Counted from the stretch's first letter, positions 29,733 to 39,780 are shown. The stretch is DNA of 64,000 bases from Gammaproteobacteria bacterium (GCA_018828385.1 JAHJVE010000009.1:36910-100909), one strand, 5' to 3'. Notes: generated by a model not told the origin, from the letters alone. Numbers and translations: made by a program.

Positions 29733-31775
29733 GTGAATATCTATAAGCGCCTCCTCTTCCTGTCGAACTGGCTGATTTCTGTCCTCGGCACAGCGTTGCC
29801 GGCCACGCCGGTGCTGGCCGACGACAATCCTTTCTTCGCCAGCCTGCCGGTCGTCGCCTCGGTCAGCCGCTTGCCGCAACGTCTGGCCGATGCGCCGACC
29901 TCGGTTACCGTCATCGATCGCCAAATGATCCGCAGCTTGCCCATTCGCGATCTGAATGACATCTTCCGGCTGGTGCCAGGGTTCCAGACATATCCCAACA
30001 CCACCGAAGCCAGCCGCGTTACCTATCACGGCCTGACCGACGAGGAGTTCTCGCCTCGCCTGCAGGTGCTGGTTGACGGTCGTTCGATGCATTCGCCGGC
30101 CTTCCGCAACGGCACGAACTGGGCGCTGATCCCGGTGGCGCTCGAGGATATCGAGCGCATCGAGGTGGTACGCGGCACCAACGCCGTGTCTTACGGCTCC
30201 AACGCCTTTCTCGGCGTCATCAACATCATCACGGTCGATCCGTCGGTGGTGCGCAAGGTTTCGGTGTCGACCAATTACGGCAACCAGAACGTCCGCGACC
30301 AGACCGTGCGAGCCGGTGGCAAGCTGGGCGAAGCGGGTGATTTCCGTTTCACCCTTCGCCAGCAGAACGATGACGGCTTGCGCGATCACTACGACTGGAT
30401 CGATTCCTACTATTCCCGGCTGTTCGATTTTCGCGCCGACTTCGCGCTGACCGAGCGCGATAGCCTGCAGGTCAGCGCCGGCCATGTCGATGCCGTGACG
30501 CAGCGCGGTCGGCTCGATACGACGACCTGGCTGAGCAACACCGGCAATCCGATTCGCGATTTCGATCAGTCGAGCAGTTATTTGCAGTTCCAGTGGCGCC
30601 GGGTCTTGTCTCTCGATTCGGATTTCCTGTTGCGCTATGCCTATTCCGTGGACAAAGGCTCGGAGGCCTACGTCAACCCGGGCAATCCGGGGGGCGGCCT
30701 GGCGCCCTATACCTACGACCCGTGGGGGGGCGAGGGGACTCGGCATGAAATCGAGGCGCAACACAATCGGCGCCTGTTTGAGACTTTTCGCCTGGCCTGG
30801 GGCGGCAGCTGGCGCCAGGATAGCGTCCGGGCGCAAACCACTTTGGCCGGTCAGGGCGACGTTCACCGGGAGGTTTCGCGCCTGTTCGGCAATCTGGAAT
30901 GGAAGCCAGCCATCTGGCTGACCGGCAACCTTGGTCTGTCCGGCGAGGACGACAGCTTGGCTGGTGGGCATTTCGCACCGCGAGCCAGCGTTTCCTTCCA
31001 TCTCGATCCGAGAAACACCCTGCGCGTTGGCGCTTCCCGCGCCTATCGGACGGGTAGCACGGTTGACTACCGGGGCGACTGGTGGAATGGCACCAAGTAC
31101 CAGTTCCGGGGCGATCCGAACATGCCGTCCGAACGCATGGATACCCGGGAAATCGGCTATCTTGGGGACTGGCGCGACTGGCGCATGAGTCTCGATGTGC
31201 GGCTGTTCGACGAAAAGGTCCATAACCGTCTGCTGGTTATTGATCGCAATGATGGCGACAATTCGATCCCGGATGCCATGACGCCGATCCAGGACGTCCG
31301 GATGCGCGGTGTCGAGTACCAATGGCGCTGGCAGCCCGTCGATTCGACCAGGCTGGTGCTCAGCCAGATGTTCATCAAAATTGACGCCGAGTATCTGGCG
31401 TCAGCGTTGGCCAACCCGACCAGCAGCCTGCAGAGTACCCAGAAGTTCAGCCATATCGACAAACTCTCCGAATACGGCACGCCGCACCGCTCCACCTCGC
31501 TGCTGCTGATCCAGAAGCTGCCCTACGGCCTGGAGTTGTCGGCCGCCGCCTATTGGCAGAGCAACATGAAATGGTCGATCAATACCGAGGCTTTGAAGTA
31601 TCACCGGGTCGATACCCGGCTGGCCTATCCGTTCCGGGTGGCCTGGGTCGGCGGCGAGCTGGCGTGGACGATCCAGTCGCTGAATGGTGCGCATTTCGAG
31701 TACAAGGCCTACAACGCCCCGGCTGACCGGATCGTCGAACGCCGGCAGTGGTTGAGCCTGCGCCTGGATTTCTGA
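29733..31775 (+). CDS. TonB-dependent outer-membrane receptor; start uncertain
   Basis: Plug motifs DAPTSVTVID and DIERIEVVRGTNAVSYGSNAFLGVINIIT; terminal LRLDF. Confidence 0.88.
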   Translation: MNIYKRLLFLSNWLISVLGTALPATPVLADDNPFFASLPVVASVSRLPQRLADAPTSVTVIDRQMIRSLPIRDLNDIFRLVPGFQTYPNTTEASRVTYHGLTDEEFSPRLQVLVDGRSMHSPAFRNGTNWALIPVALEDIERIEVVRGTNAVSYGSNAFLGVINIITVDPSVVRKVSVSTNYGNQNVRDQTVRAGGKLGEAGDFRFTLRQQNDDGLRDHYDWIDSYYSRLFDFRADFALTERDSLQVSAGHVDAVTQRGRLDTTTWLSNTGNPIRDFDQSSSYLQFQWRRVLSLDSDFLLRYAYSVDKGSEAYVNPGNPGGGLAPYTYDPWGGEGTRHEIEAQHNRRLFETFRLAWGGSWRQDSVRAQTTLAGQGDVHREVSRLFGNLEWKPAIWLTGNLGLSGEDDSLAGGHFAPRASVSFHLDPRNTLRVGASRAYRTGSTVDYRGDWWNGTKYQFRGDPNMPSERMDTREIGYLGDWRDWRMSLDVRLFDEKVHNRLLVIDRNDGDNSIPDAMTPIQDVRMRGVEYQWRWQPVDSTRLVLSQMFIKIDAEYLASALANPTSSLQSTQKFSHIDKLSEYGTPHRSTSLLLIQKLPYGLELSAAAYWQSNMKWSINTEALKYHRVDTRLAYPFRVAWVGGELAWTIQSLNGAHFEYKAYNAPADRIVERRQWLSLRLDF

Positions 31776-31810
31776 GCGATTGCCGCCTCAAAAGACGATC
31801 GGGCTGAGTC

Positions 31811-33916
31811 CTACATTCGTTCCCAGATGGTCACTTCCGACAGCGTGTGCTGGAACTTCCGTTTCGTTTCGCGAATGACGAAAGGTACCGATTCGGGCCC
31901 GCGCACCAGTCGGAAATGCTTGCCCAGCATGGCTTTCAGGCCATCGAAAGTGGTGAAATTCTCGCCATCGTTCTTGAAACCGCCGATCCATTCCTCGCGC
32001 TTGGTGTGTTCCGGCAGCCAGGTGTAGGGCGAGGTCAGCATGAGCAGGCCGCCCGGGTTCAGGCGTTCGTGCACGGCTTTGAGGAAGAGCGCCGGGCTGT
32101 ACAGGCGGTCGATCAGGTTGGCGGCGAGGATAAGGTCGTAGCCGGAGAAAACCGGCTTGAGGTTGCAGGCGTCGCCCTGGAAAAATTCGACCTTGGTCGC
32201 CATATCGCTCAGGCCCAAGGCGCCCAGTGAGCATTCCTTGTAGCTGACCAGTTCGCCTTCTTCGGTCAGCGTGTAGCGCAGCCGGCCCTGTTCGGCCAGT
32301 TGCGTGCCGACGCCTATGAAGCGGGCCGAGAAATCGATGCCGGTGACCTGGTCGAAATGGCGGGCCAGCTCGAAGGTCGCGCGGCCGGTGGCGCAGCCGA
32401 GATCGAGCGCCTTGCCGGCCGGCTTGTCGGCCATGGCTGAGATGGCCAGTTGAGCCAGGGTTTTCGGGAAATTGGCGACGCCGAAATAGTCGTCGCCGTA
32501 ATGGAATTCGATGTATTCCGAAATCAATCGGTCGGTTTCGTAATGCGAGGCCGGTTGGGTGGCCGGCGCATCGCCGACGACATAGCGGAAACCGGCATGC
32601 TGGAAGAAATGGCGGCGGAAAGCGTAGCGCGAGATCGGGGCCGCTTCGTTGCCGCAGGAAATCCACGAACCGCCCTTGAACAGGTTGTGGCGCTCGTCGA
32701 AAGTCGGCGTCGTGAAATCGTCGTAGATCGGATGGACTTCAAAGCCGGCGAACGGGTAAATCGGCGTTTCCAGCCATTGCCAGACATTGCCGATGACGTC
32801 GAACAGAGGGCCATGCGCGAAGCGGTTGACCGGGCAGCTCGATGCCTCGTGGCTCAAGCCAAGGTTGGCCGGTAGATCGCCGGGCAGGTCGGCAACCCCG
32901 GCGAACTGGCGCAGCGCCTGCCATTCGTCCTCGCTCGGCAGGCGCACGGCCTGACCGCTCTCGCGCGCCTTCCAGTTACAGAAAGCCTTGGCCTCGTGGT
33001 AATTGGTTTCGACCGGCCAGTCCCAGGGCATGGCGACTTCTTCGAGCATCAGACGCAGGCGCCATTGCGTGCCATCCTTGATCCAGAAAGTCGGCTGCTC
33101 GGCCTTGGCGAATTTCTTCCACGCCAAACCTTCCTCCGGCCACAGAGAATCGTCGGCATAGCCGCCGGCTTCGACGAAGGCGAGATACTCGCGATTCGAA
33201 ACCAGATAGCGTCCGGCCTGGAATGCTGCGGTCGACGCCTCGTGATGGCCGAATTCGTTGTCCCAGCCGTAGATTTTCGGATCGCTGCGGTCGCGGCCGA
33301 GGCGCAGTTCGGCGGTCGGAATATCGACCAGTGCGTTCTCCGGCGCCGGCCCACAATCGCGACAGGGTTCCCAGGCCGGATGCTTCTGCACATATTTCAG
33401 TTGATGCTGGCGGATCAACACCGATGAGGTTTCGAGGTGGATGCGCTCGTGCTCGATGCCCATCAGGATGATCCAGAACGGGTCTTCCCAGCCGATGGGC
33501 AGGGTTAGCGATTTTGTGCGAATTATCCGGTCGACCGTAGCGCGCACGCTTTGCCGATAGGCGCGCACCTCATCGACGCCTGGCCAGTCGTAACGCTGGT
33601 CGTTGAGGTCGTCCCAGCTCATTTCATCGACGCCAATGGCGAACATCGACTCGAAACCCGGGTTGATGCGCTGCTCGAGCAGACCGGCGAGGACCAGCTT
33701 GTTGATGAAAAAGGTGGCGGTGTGGCCGAAGTAGAAAATCAGTGGATGACGCAGCGCAATCGGTTTGACGTAATACGCCTCGTCGCTGGTCAATACTTCG
33801 AACAACTGCTCATAGCGGTCGAAGGTAGCGTGAAAGTAGTCGAGGATCTGGAGACGCTTCTGCTCGGCGTCAGTGCCCGTCAACAAGGGCGTAGCGGGAA
33901 AAGGGGCTGGCTTCAT
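31811..33916 (-). CDS. ovoA: 5-histidylcysteine sulfoxide synthase/methyltransferase (ovothiol synthase)
   Basis: RHPLIFYFGHTATFFINK (DinB-like), GIEHERIHLETSSVL (HX3HXE iron motif), FGE-sulfatase region, C-terminal SAM methyltransferase (YETD..EFHYG, DLGCATGR). Confidence 0.92.
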   Translation of the reverse strand: MKPAPFPATPLLTGTDAEQKRLQILDYFHATFDRYEQLFEVLTSDEAYYVKPIALRHPLIFYFGHTATFFINKLVLAGLLEQRINPGFESMFAIGVDEMSWDDLNDQRYDWPGVDEVRAYRQSVRATVDRIIRTKSLTLPIGWEDPFWIILMGIEHERIHLETSSVLIRQHQLKYVQKHPAWEPCRDCGPAPENALVDIPTAELRLGRDRSDPKIYGWDNEFGHHEASTAAFQAGRYLVSNREYLAFVEAGGYADDSLWPEEGLAWKKFAKAEQPTFWIKDGTQWRLRLMLEEVAMPWDWPVETNYHEAKAFCNWKARESGQAVRLPSEDEWQALRQFAGVADLPGDLPANLGLSHEASSCPVNRFAHGPLFDVIGNVWQWLETPIYPFAGFEVHPIYDDFTTPTFDERHNLFKGGSWISCGNEAAPISRYAFRRHFFQHAGFRYVVGDAPATQPASHYETDRLISEYIEFHYGDDYFGVANFPKTLAQLAISAMADKPAGKALDLGCATGRATFELARHFDQVTGIDFSARFIGVGTQLAEQGRLRYTLTEEGELVSYKECSLGALGLSDMATKVEFFQGDACNLKPVFSGYDLILAANLIDRLYSPALFLKAVHERLNPGGLLMLTSPYTWLPEHTKREEWIGGFKNDGENFTTFDGLKAMLGKHFRLVRGPESVPFVIRETKRKFQHTLSEVTIWERM
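33504..33540 (+). repeat. Dispersed motif, TCGACCGT variant (in ovoA)
   Basis: GATTTTGTGCGAATTATCCGGTCGACCGTAG. Confidence 0.65.
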
Positions 33917-34012
33917 GCGGTTACCGGTTGATGATGGTTTTGCTGGTCGGGAATGATGACCTTGCGGCCCGAAGGCGAGGGGATGATTAAACAGGGATAT
34001 TGTCGCGAAGGC

Positions 34013-34039
34013 AAAAAAAACCCCGCCACGAGGGCGGGG
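34013..34039 (-). terminator. Rho-independent terminator
   Basis: CCCCGCC-N5-GGCGGGG with T8 on the minus strand. Confidence 0.85.
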
Positions 34040-34090
34040 TAACAGGGAGTTTCTCGAATCGGGGGAAATTCGAGAGGAGGGTAAAACGGT

Positions 34091-34270
34091 TCAGTCCTTG
34101 TGACGCTTCCTCAACCAATGGCGGGCAACGGCGATGATGGCACCGGCCGCAACAGCAGCGACAGCGGCCTTGAGCGGCTCGGCCTGACCTTCCGACAGCC
34201 AGTCGAATCCTGTGATGCCGATGAAGACACCGAGGGATTCACTGATCGGCAGGTTGTCCGCAAAGGCCAT
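34091..34270 (-). CDS. Small membrane protein (59 aa), not in ORF track
   Basis: MAFADNLPISESLGVFIGITGFDWLSEGQAEPLKAAVAAVAAGAIIAVARHWLRKRHKD; ATG overlaps upstream TAA (TAATG). Confidence 0.65.
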   Translation of the reverse strand: MAFADNLPISESLGVFIGITGFDWLSEGQAEPLKAAVAAVAAGAIIAVARHWLRKRHKD

Positions 34271-34386
34271 TAGCGATCTGCGCGGACCGGAATTGTGGCG
34301 AGCACCGGCTGGGCTTGGGCTGTCGCCAGCTCGAACAGGTACTGGCGGGTGGCTTCGATAAATTGTTTGATGTTCATTTTGATCAT
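34270..34386 (-). CDS. Small protein (38 aa)
   Basis: GAGGA RBS; MIKMNIKQFIEATRQYLFELATAQAQPVLATIPVRADR; coupled to next ORF. Confidence 0.55.
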   Translation of the reverse strand: MIKMNIKQFIEATRQYLFELATAQAQPVLATIPVRADR

Positions 34387-34501
34387 TTCCTCGTTGTCCT
34401 CTTGATGGGATTGGTTTGCGTCCATGCCTCGCATTCTAGGGATGCACCGGAACAGCGTCTGTGGCGCAAGCGTGGCTCGGAGGTAACAGGTTTTGATCTT
34501 C

Positions 34502-34520
34502 TGTGACGCTTTGTGACGCT
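34502..34520. promoter_or_regulatory. Tandem direct repeat, putative OmpR-family regulator site
   Basis: TGTGACGCT twice with 10-bp period just downstream of the kinase stop, upstream of the small ORFs. Confidence 0.5.
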
Positions 34521-34531
34521 GCCGAAAAGCC

Positions 34532-35968
34532 CTATTGGCGGGCTTTCCAGCTGAGCGTGAAGCGGGCGCCACCGAGCGGCGAGGCATCGGCCTTGGCGCT
34601 GCCACCATGCAGTTCGAGTACGCGGCGAGCGATGGCCAGGCCGAGGCCGTAGCCGCCGGTCGAGCGGTCGCGCGAACGGTCGAGACGGGTGAAGGCGGAG
34701 AAGATGTGTTCGCGCTCTTCGGGCGGGATGCCGATGCCGTCGTCGTCGACGTGGATCAGCATGTTGTCGCCATCCAGTTCGGCGCTGACGGCAATCCGCG
34801 TCGCGGCATACTTGAAGGCGTTGCGCAGCAGATTGCGCAGGGCGTAGGGCATGGCCTTGCGGTCAAGGTCGACAAACAGGTTTTCGGGCAGTTTGTCGGT
34901 GTTGACCGTGACATCAAGACGGCGACCAAGCAGGCGGACCGATTCGACCTCGTCGGTCAGCCATTCGGCCAGCTTGACGCTGGAAAAATGCGCTTCCGGC
35001 GCTTCACGCTCGAAGCGGGCGTAGGTCAGACTGGTGTCGATGAGCTGGTCGAGTTCGTCGAGATCGGCTTCCATCATCGCCCACAGGCGTTCGCGCTCCT
35101 CTCGTAGTTCGGTTTCGGAGAGCATTTCCAGCGCGAAGCGCATGCGGGCAATCGGCGTGCGCAGTTCGTGGGAGATGCCGCAGGAAAGCTCGCGGTGGGT
35201 GGCGAGCAACTGGCGGATGCGTTCGGCCATGCTGTTCATCGTGTCGGACAGCGGGGCGAATAGTTGGGTACGGATAGTCGGCGAACGCGCGTCGAAATTG
35301 CCGTCACCCAGATCGATTGCGGTCTGGCGCAGGCCTTCGAGGTCGCGCCAGACCGGGCGAACCCAGAACCACAGGGCGATGGCGAAGATCAAGCCGATCA
35401 GGCTCCAGGTCAGCAGGCGCAGTCGCAGTTCGAGCGGCAGGCGCTCGCTGACCTCCCGGTTGCGGTTCGAGGCCAGGGGGCCGACGACCAGCACCTTGCT
35501 GCTCGTGCCGAGGCGGTGATACATGATGTCGCCGTCGTGGTCGATGGCGATGTCGCCGGCGTCGAGCTTGATAACCTGCTTTGGCGTCAGCGTGTGGTCG
35601 AGGGTGATACGTTCGACGATGCCCAGCCGATAGGAGAATTTTTCGTCGATGTCCTTGATCTGCTTGGCCCATTCCCGGCGCGGGTGGCGGAAAAGCTCGT
35701 CCTCGATCAGCGTGATCGTGCCGCGCATGAAACGGCGCGCGTAGTCGTCGGTAATGCCGCGCTGGGCGGTGGAAATGACGAAATCAGCCGTGAAGGCGAT
35801 GGCGACAAAGGAACCCATCGCCAGCAGGTAGAAATTGAAGAACAGCTTGGACAGGCTGTAACGCCGTCCGCGCCAGCGCGGCAGGGCCACCCGGATCAGC
35901 GAGCGGGCCAGCCCCTCGTTTTTTTCCTTCGGTCTGGCCGCGCCGGCTTCGGGATCAGTTCCAGTCAT
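34532..35968 (-). CDS. RstB-like sensor histidine kinase
   Basis: Two TM + HAMP, ISHELRTP, NLLRNAFKYA, DDDGIGI, GGYGLGL. Confidence 0.9.
   Translation of the reverse strand: MTGTDPEAGAARPKEKNEGLARSLIRVALPRWRGRRYSLSKLFFNFYLLAMGSFVAIAFTADFVISTAQRGITDDYARRFMRGTITLIEDELFRHPRREWAKQIKDIDEKFSYRLGIVERITLDHTLTPKQVIKLDAGDIAIDHDGDIMYHRLGTSSKVLVVGPLASNRNREVSERLPLELRLRLLTWSLIGLIFAIALWFWVRPVWRDLEGLRQTAIDLGDGNFDARSPTIRTQLFAPLSDTMNSMAERIRQLLATHRELSCGISHELRTPIARMRFALEMLSETELREERERLWAMMEADLDELDQLIDTSLTYARFEREAPEAHFSSVKLAEWLTDEVESVRLLGRRLDVTVNTDKLPENLFVDLDRKAMPYALRNLLRNAFKYAATRIAVSAELDGDNMLIHVDDDGIGIPPEEREHIFSAFTRLDRSRDRSTGGYGLGLAIARRVLELHGGSAKADASPLGGARFTLSWKARQ
34875..34911 (+). repeat. Dispersed TTGACCGT motif (in RstB-like kinase)
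   Basis: GTTTTCGGGCAGTTTGTCGGTGTTGACCGTG. Confidence 0.65.
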
Positions 35969-36659
35969 GCTTGCTGAAAAGGTAACCCTTGCCGCGCACG
36001 GTCTTGATGCGCGTCGGGTTTTCCGGGTCGTCGTTCAGCTTCTTGCGCAGGCGGGAAATGCGTGCGTCGATGGAGCGATCCAGTCCGTCGAAACCGATGC
36101 CGCGCAGTTCCTGCAGCAGGTCGTCGCGCGACAGCACATTGCCGGCGTGCGTGGCAAGCAGCCAGAGCAGGTCGAATTCGGCGGTGGTCAGGTCGATGGT
36201 CTGCCCGCTCAGCGACGCCGTGCGGGTTGCCTGGCTGATGCGGAACTGGCCGAATACCATGTTTTCCGATTCGCCATTGCCGGCCTCCGCCGCCGTCGGC
36301 AGGCGGCGCAGCAAGGCCTTGATGCGGGCGAGCAGGACGCGCGGCTGGACCGGTTTGGCGATGTAGTCGTCGGCCCCCATCTCGAGGCCGAGAATCTGGT
36401 CGAAATCCTCATCGCGCGCCGTCAGCATGAGGATTACGCCGCGATACTGGGCGCGGACAGCCCGGCAGACTTCGAAGCCATCCTTGCCGGGCAACATGAC
36501 GTCGAGAATGACCAGATCGGGCTGCTCGGTCAGAATGCGCGCCTCGGCAGCGTCGCCGCGCGGCTCGATGCTGACCTGCATGTCGTTCTTGGTCAGGTAT
36601 TCGGCCGTCAGTTCGGCCAGTCGTTCGTCGTCCTCGACGAGCAGGATGCGTGTAGTCAT
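35955..36659 (-). CDS. RstA-like OmpR-family response regulator
   Basis: LVEDD, LDVMLPGKDG, DDYIAKP, DRSIDARISRLRKKL, IKTVRGKGY. Confidence 0.92.
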   Translation of the reverse strand: MTTRILLVEDDERLAELTAEYLTKNDMQVSIEPRGDAAEARILTEQPDLVILDVMLPGKDGFEVCRAVRAQYRGVILMLTARDEDFDQILGLEMGADDYIAKPVQPRVLLARIKALLRRLPTAAEAGNGESENMVFGQFRISQATRTASLSGQTIDLTTAEFDLLWLLATHAGNVLSRDDLLQELRGIGFDGLDRSIDARISRLRKKLNDDPENPTRIKTVRGKGYLFSKHDWN

Positions 36660-36719
36660 CCGCCAATCTTAACCACCTGCCGGGCGGCGGTCCACCGTCA
36701 CGTGCCGTGGCGGGCAATC

Positions 36720-36756
36720 CTACGGTCAACCGGGGAAAAGGCCAAAATTTCAAGTC
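36720..36756 (-). repeat. Dispersed TTGACCGT motif (intergenic)
   Basis: Reverse complement ACTTGAAATTTTGGCCTTTTCCCCGGTTGACCGTAG. Confidence 0.88.
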
Positions 36757-36809
36757 TCCTCGGCGATGGCATAGAATCCCGGCTCATCGTCACTTGAGGA
36801 ATTGCTTTG

Positions 36810-37307
36810 ATGAATTGGTCAAACGTGCCCATGCGGGCCTGGTTCGCGACATTGGGCCTGGGTTGCCTGGGGCTCGTCGCGGTCGGCATGGAACTGCAAA
36901 CCCTGCTCCGTCTGGCGCCCTGTCCGCTCTGCATCTTCCAGCGCCTGCTCTACATCGTGATCGGTATCATCGGCTTGCTCGGCTTCATCTGGCCGGCCGG
37001 AAGAATGCTGTGGGCTGCGCTGTCCGGCGGACTCGGTGTATTTGGTTTTGGTGTCGCCGCTTACCAGACCTGGATGCAGGCTTTCCCTGACCTGGCGCCG
37101 GAATGCAGCTTCACCGATCCCAACGCCATCGAGCAACTGGTCGACTGGCTGGGCATGGAGTGGCCCTCGATGTTCCTGGCCACCGGCTTCTGTACCAGCC
37201 GAGAATGGGAGTTCCTTGGCCTGTCGATGGCCAACTGGTCGGTTGTGATCTTCGCCGGCATCGTGGTCTACGCAGCATTGCTTTTCAGACAGAAAGCGCG
37301 GGCCTGA
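36810..37307 (+). CDS. dsbB: Disulfide bond formation protein B
   Basis: PCPLCIFQR, second Cys pair (EC..., GFC), FLGLSMANWS. Confidence 0.92.
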   Translation: MNWSNVPMRAWFATLGLGCLGLVAVGMELQTLLRLAPCPLCIFQRLLYIVIGIIGLLGFIWPAGRMLWAALSGGLGVFGFGVAAYQTWMQAFPDLAPECSFTDPNAIEQLVDWLGMEWPSMFLATGFCTSREWEFLGLSMANWSVVIFAGIVVYAALLFRQKARA

Positions 37308-37312
37308 AAAAA

Positions 37313-37338
37313 CAAAACCCGCCGAAAGGCGGGTTTGT
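37313..37338. terminator. Bidirectional terminator between dsbB and rpmG
   Basis: AAACCCGCC-GAAA-GGCGGGTTT. Confidence 0.8.
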
Positions 37339-37360
37339 CGAATGCTCCGGAGAAGCTGAA

Positions 37361-37528
37361 TTACTTCAGCTTGACTTCCTTGTAAGCGACATGCTTACGA
37401 GCTTTCGGGTCGTACTTCATGAACTCCAGTTTTTCAGGCGTCGTGCGCTTGTTCTTGGAGGTAGTATAGAAGTGACCGGTGCCAGCTGTGGATTCCAGCT
37501 TGATTTTTTCGCGACCGCCTTTAGCCAT
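37361..37528 (-). CDS. rpmG: 50S ribosomal protein L33 (55 aa), not in ORF track
   Basis: [55 protein letters not shown]. Confidence 0.96.
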   Translation of the reverse strand: MAKGGREKIKLESTAGTGHFYTTSKNKRTTPEKLEFMKYDPKARKHVAYKEVKLK

Positions 37529-37546
37529 TTTATATTTCCTTCTTTA

Positions 37547-37780
37547 TCAGACTTCGCCGCGGGCACGCAGGTCGGCCAGGACGGCGTCGATGCCGTTCTT
37601 GTCGATCAGGCGCAGACCGGCGTTGGAAACACGCAGGCGCAGGAAGCGGTTTTCAGATTCGACCCAGAAACGACGGTACTGCAAGTTCGGCAGGAAACGG
37701 CGTTTGGTTCTATTGTTGGCATGGGAAACAGTATTCCCAACCATCGGGCCTTTACCCGTTACTTGGCAGACACGCGCCAT
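37547..37780 (-). CDS. rpmB: 50S ribosomal protein L28
   Basis: [10 protein letters not shown]...[16 protein letters not shown]. Confidence 0.97.
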   Translation of the reverse strand: MARVCQVTGKGPMVGNTVSHANNRTKRRFLPNLQYRRFWVESENRFLRLRVSNAGLRLIDKNGIDAVLADLRARGEV

Positions 37781-37861
37781 GATGGTGCTCCAGAATTCGC
37801 TAGAAGAGAGCCCACAAGTATAACCAAAACTCCTTAATCGTTTCAAGGGGTTTATTGAATT

Positions 37862-38542
37862 TTATAGCAAGCCCCGTTCAGCGAAGGAGAGTGGCTGGGT
37901 GTTGCCGGCCACGATGAAGTGGTCGAGAACCTTGACATCGACGAGCGCCAGGGCGTCTTTCAGGGAGCGCGTGAGCATCTCGTCGGCCCGCGACGGCTCG
38001 GCGATGCCGGACGGATGGTTGTGGGCCAGAATGACCGCAGCGGCATTGTTGGCGAGCGCCGCCTTGACCACTTCGCGCGGGTAAACCGAAGTCTGGGTCA
38101 GCGTTCCGGAGAATAGTTCGTCGGCTTTGAGCAGGCGATTCTGGGCGTCCAGCCACAAGGCCATGAATATTTCGTGGCCGCGGCTGGCCAGCTTGAGGCG
38201 CAGCCAGTCGCGGACCTTGCCGGGCGAGGTGAAGCTGTCGCGCTTCGCCATGTCCTGAGTCAAGGCGCGGCGCGCCAGTTCGAAGCTGGCTTTCAACTGG
38301 GCTGCCTTGGCCATGCCGATGCCGGAAACGCTGGCCAGCTCTTCGAGCGATGCTTCGGCTAGCGTGCCGATCTGGCCGTCGAAACGCTGCAGCAGGTCGC
38401 GTGCCAGATCGACGGCGCTTTTGCCTCGTACGCCGACCCGCAAATAGATGGCCAGCAGTTCGGCGTCGGAAAGGGCTTCCGGGCCGTGCGCCAGCAGACG
38501 TTCGCGCGGTCGTTCGCCTTCGGGCCAGTCGGTAATCGCCAT
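37862..38542 (-). CDS. radC: RadC (YicR) JAB-domain protein
   Basis: [30 protein letters not shown]; canonical coaBC-radC-rpmB synteny. Confidence 0.95.
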   Translation of the reverse strand: MAITDWPEGERPRERLLAHGPEALSDAELLAIYLRVGVRGKSAVDLARDLLQRFDGQIGTLAEASLEELASVSGIGMAKAAQLKASFELARRALTQDMAKRDSFTSPGKVRDWLRLKLASRGHEIFMALWLDAQNRLLKADELFSGTLTQTSVYPREVVKAALANNAAAVILAHNHPSGIAEPSRADEMLTRSLKDALALVDVKVLDHFIVAGNTQPLSFAERGLL

Positions 38543-38589
38543 ATTCTTTTCCGTTAGAATGTGCGGAGTCCAATTCTAATGGCAAGACA

Positions 38590-39780
38590 ATGGAATTACA
38601 GGGAAAACGCGTCGTTCTCGGTGTCACCGGCGGCATCGCCGCCTACAAGGCGGCCGAGCTGGTTCGCCTGCTCGGCAAGCAGGGCGCCGAGGTGCAGGTG
38701 GCGATGACCGAGGGGGCGACGCATTTCGTGACGGCGACGACCTTCCAGGCGCTGTCGGGCAAGCCGGTTTATCTCGACCAGTGGGATGCCCGGATGCCCA
38801 ACGCGATGGCCCATATCGACCTGTCGCGGCAGGCTGATCTGATTCTGGTGGCGCCGGCTTCGGCCGATTTTCTTGCCCGTATCGCTCACGGCATGGCCGA
38901 CGACCTGCTGGCGACCATGGTCCTGGCCCGTGACTGTCCGCTGCTCGCTGCCCCGGCGATGAACCGTCAGATGTGGGAAAACCCGGCGACCCAGCGCAAT
39001 GTCGTGCAACTGCAGGCCGACGGCGTGCAGATGCTCGGTCCGGCCAGTGGCGAGCAGGCTTGTGGCGAAGTCGGCGCCGGCCGCATGCTGGAACCCGAGG
39101 ATATTCTCGAAGAGGTCATCGCCTTCTTCACGCCCAAGCTGCTGGCCGGCCGCACGGTTCTAATCACAGCCGGGCCGACCTTCGAGGCCATCGACCCGGT
39201 GCGCGGCATCACCAATCTGTCGTCCGGGCGCATGGGTTATGCCGTGGCGCGCGCGGCGCGGCAGGCCGGGGCGCAGGTGACCCTGGTATCCGGGCCGGTC
39301 GGGTTTTCGGCGCCGCAGGGTGTCGACCGTATCAACGTGCGAAGTGCGCTCGACATGCGGGCTGCCGTGATGGCGCATGCTGCTGCGTCGGACATCTTCA
39401 TCGGCGTCGCCGCCGTGGCGGATTACCGCGTGGCCAATGCCGCCGAGCACAAGCTCAAGAAGGATACGGGCGGCATTCCGGCCATCGAGCTGATCGAGAA
39501 TCCGGACATCCTGGCCGAGGTGGCGGCGCTCAGGGATGCGCCGTTCTGCGTCGGCTTCGCAGCCGAGAGCCGCAATCTGGAAGAGTACGCACAGAACAAG
39601 CGGCGCAAGAAAAACATTCCGCTGATTGCCGGCAACCTGATCCAGGAAGGATTCGGCGGCGACAGCAACCGGCTGGTGCTGTTCGACGACAGCGGTACCC
39701 ATCCGCTGACGCCGGCGCCCAAGTCGGTGCTGGCCAGGCAATTGATCGAACACATCGCCAACTTGACGAGGGAAGACTGA
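38590..39780 (+). CDS. coaBC: Phosphopantothenoylcysteine decarboxylase/ligase
   Basis: [43 protein letters not shown]. Confidence 0.96.
   Translation: MELQGKRVVLGVTGGIAAYKAAELVRLLGKQGAEVQVAMTEGATHFVTATTFQALSGKPVYLDQWDARMPNAMAHIDLSRQADLILVAPASADFLARIAHGMADDLLATMVLARDCPLLAAPAMNRQMWENPATQRNVVQLQADGVQMLGPASGEQACGEVGAGRMLEPEDILEEVIAFFTPKLLAGRTVLITAGPTFEAIDPVRGITNLSSGRMGYAVARAARQAGAQVTLVSGPVGFSAPQGVDRINVRSALDMRAAVMAHAAASDIFIGVAAVADYRVANAAEHKLKKDTGGIPAIELIENPDILAEVAALRDAPFCVGFAAESRNLEEYAQNKRRKKNIPLIAGNLIQEGFGGDSNRLVLFDDSGTHPLTPAPKSVLARQLIEHIANLTRED

Noticed and set aside
37862-38542. radC as a marker of a mobile element
   Set aside because: Full-length chromosomal form in the canonical coaBC-radC-rpmB-rpmG context.
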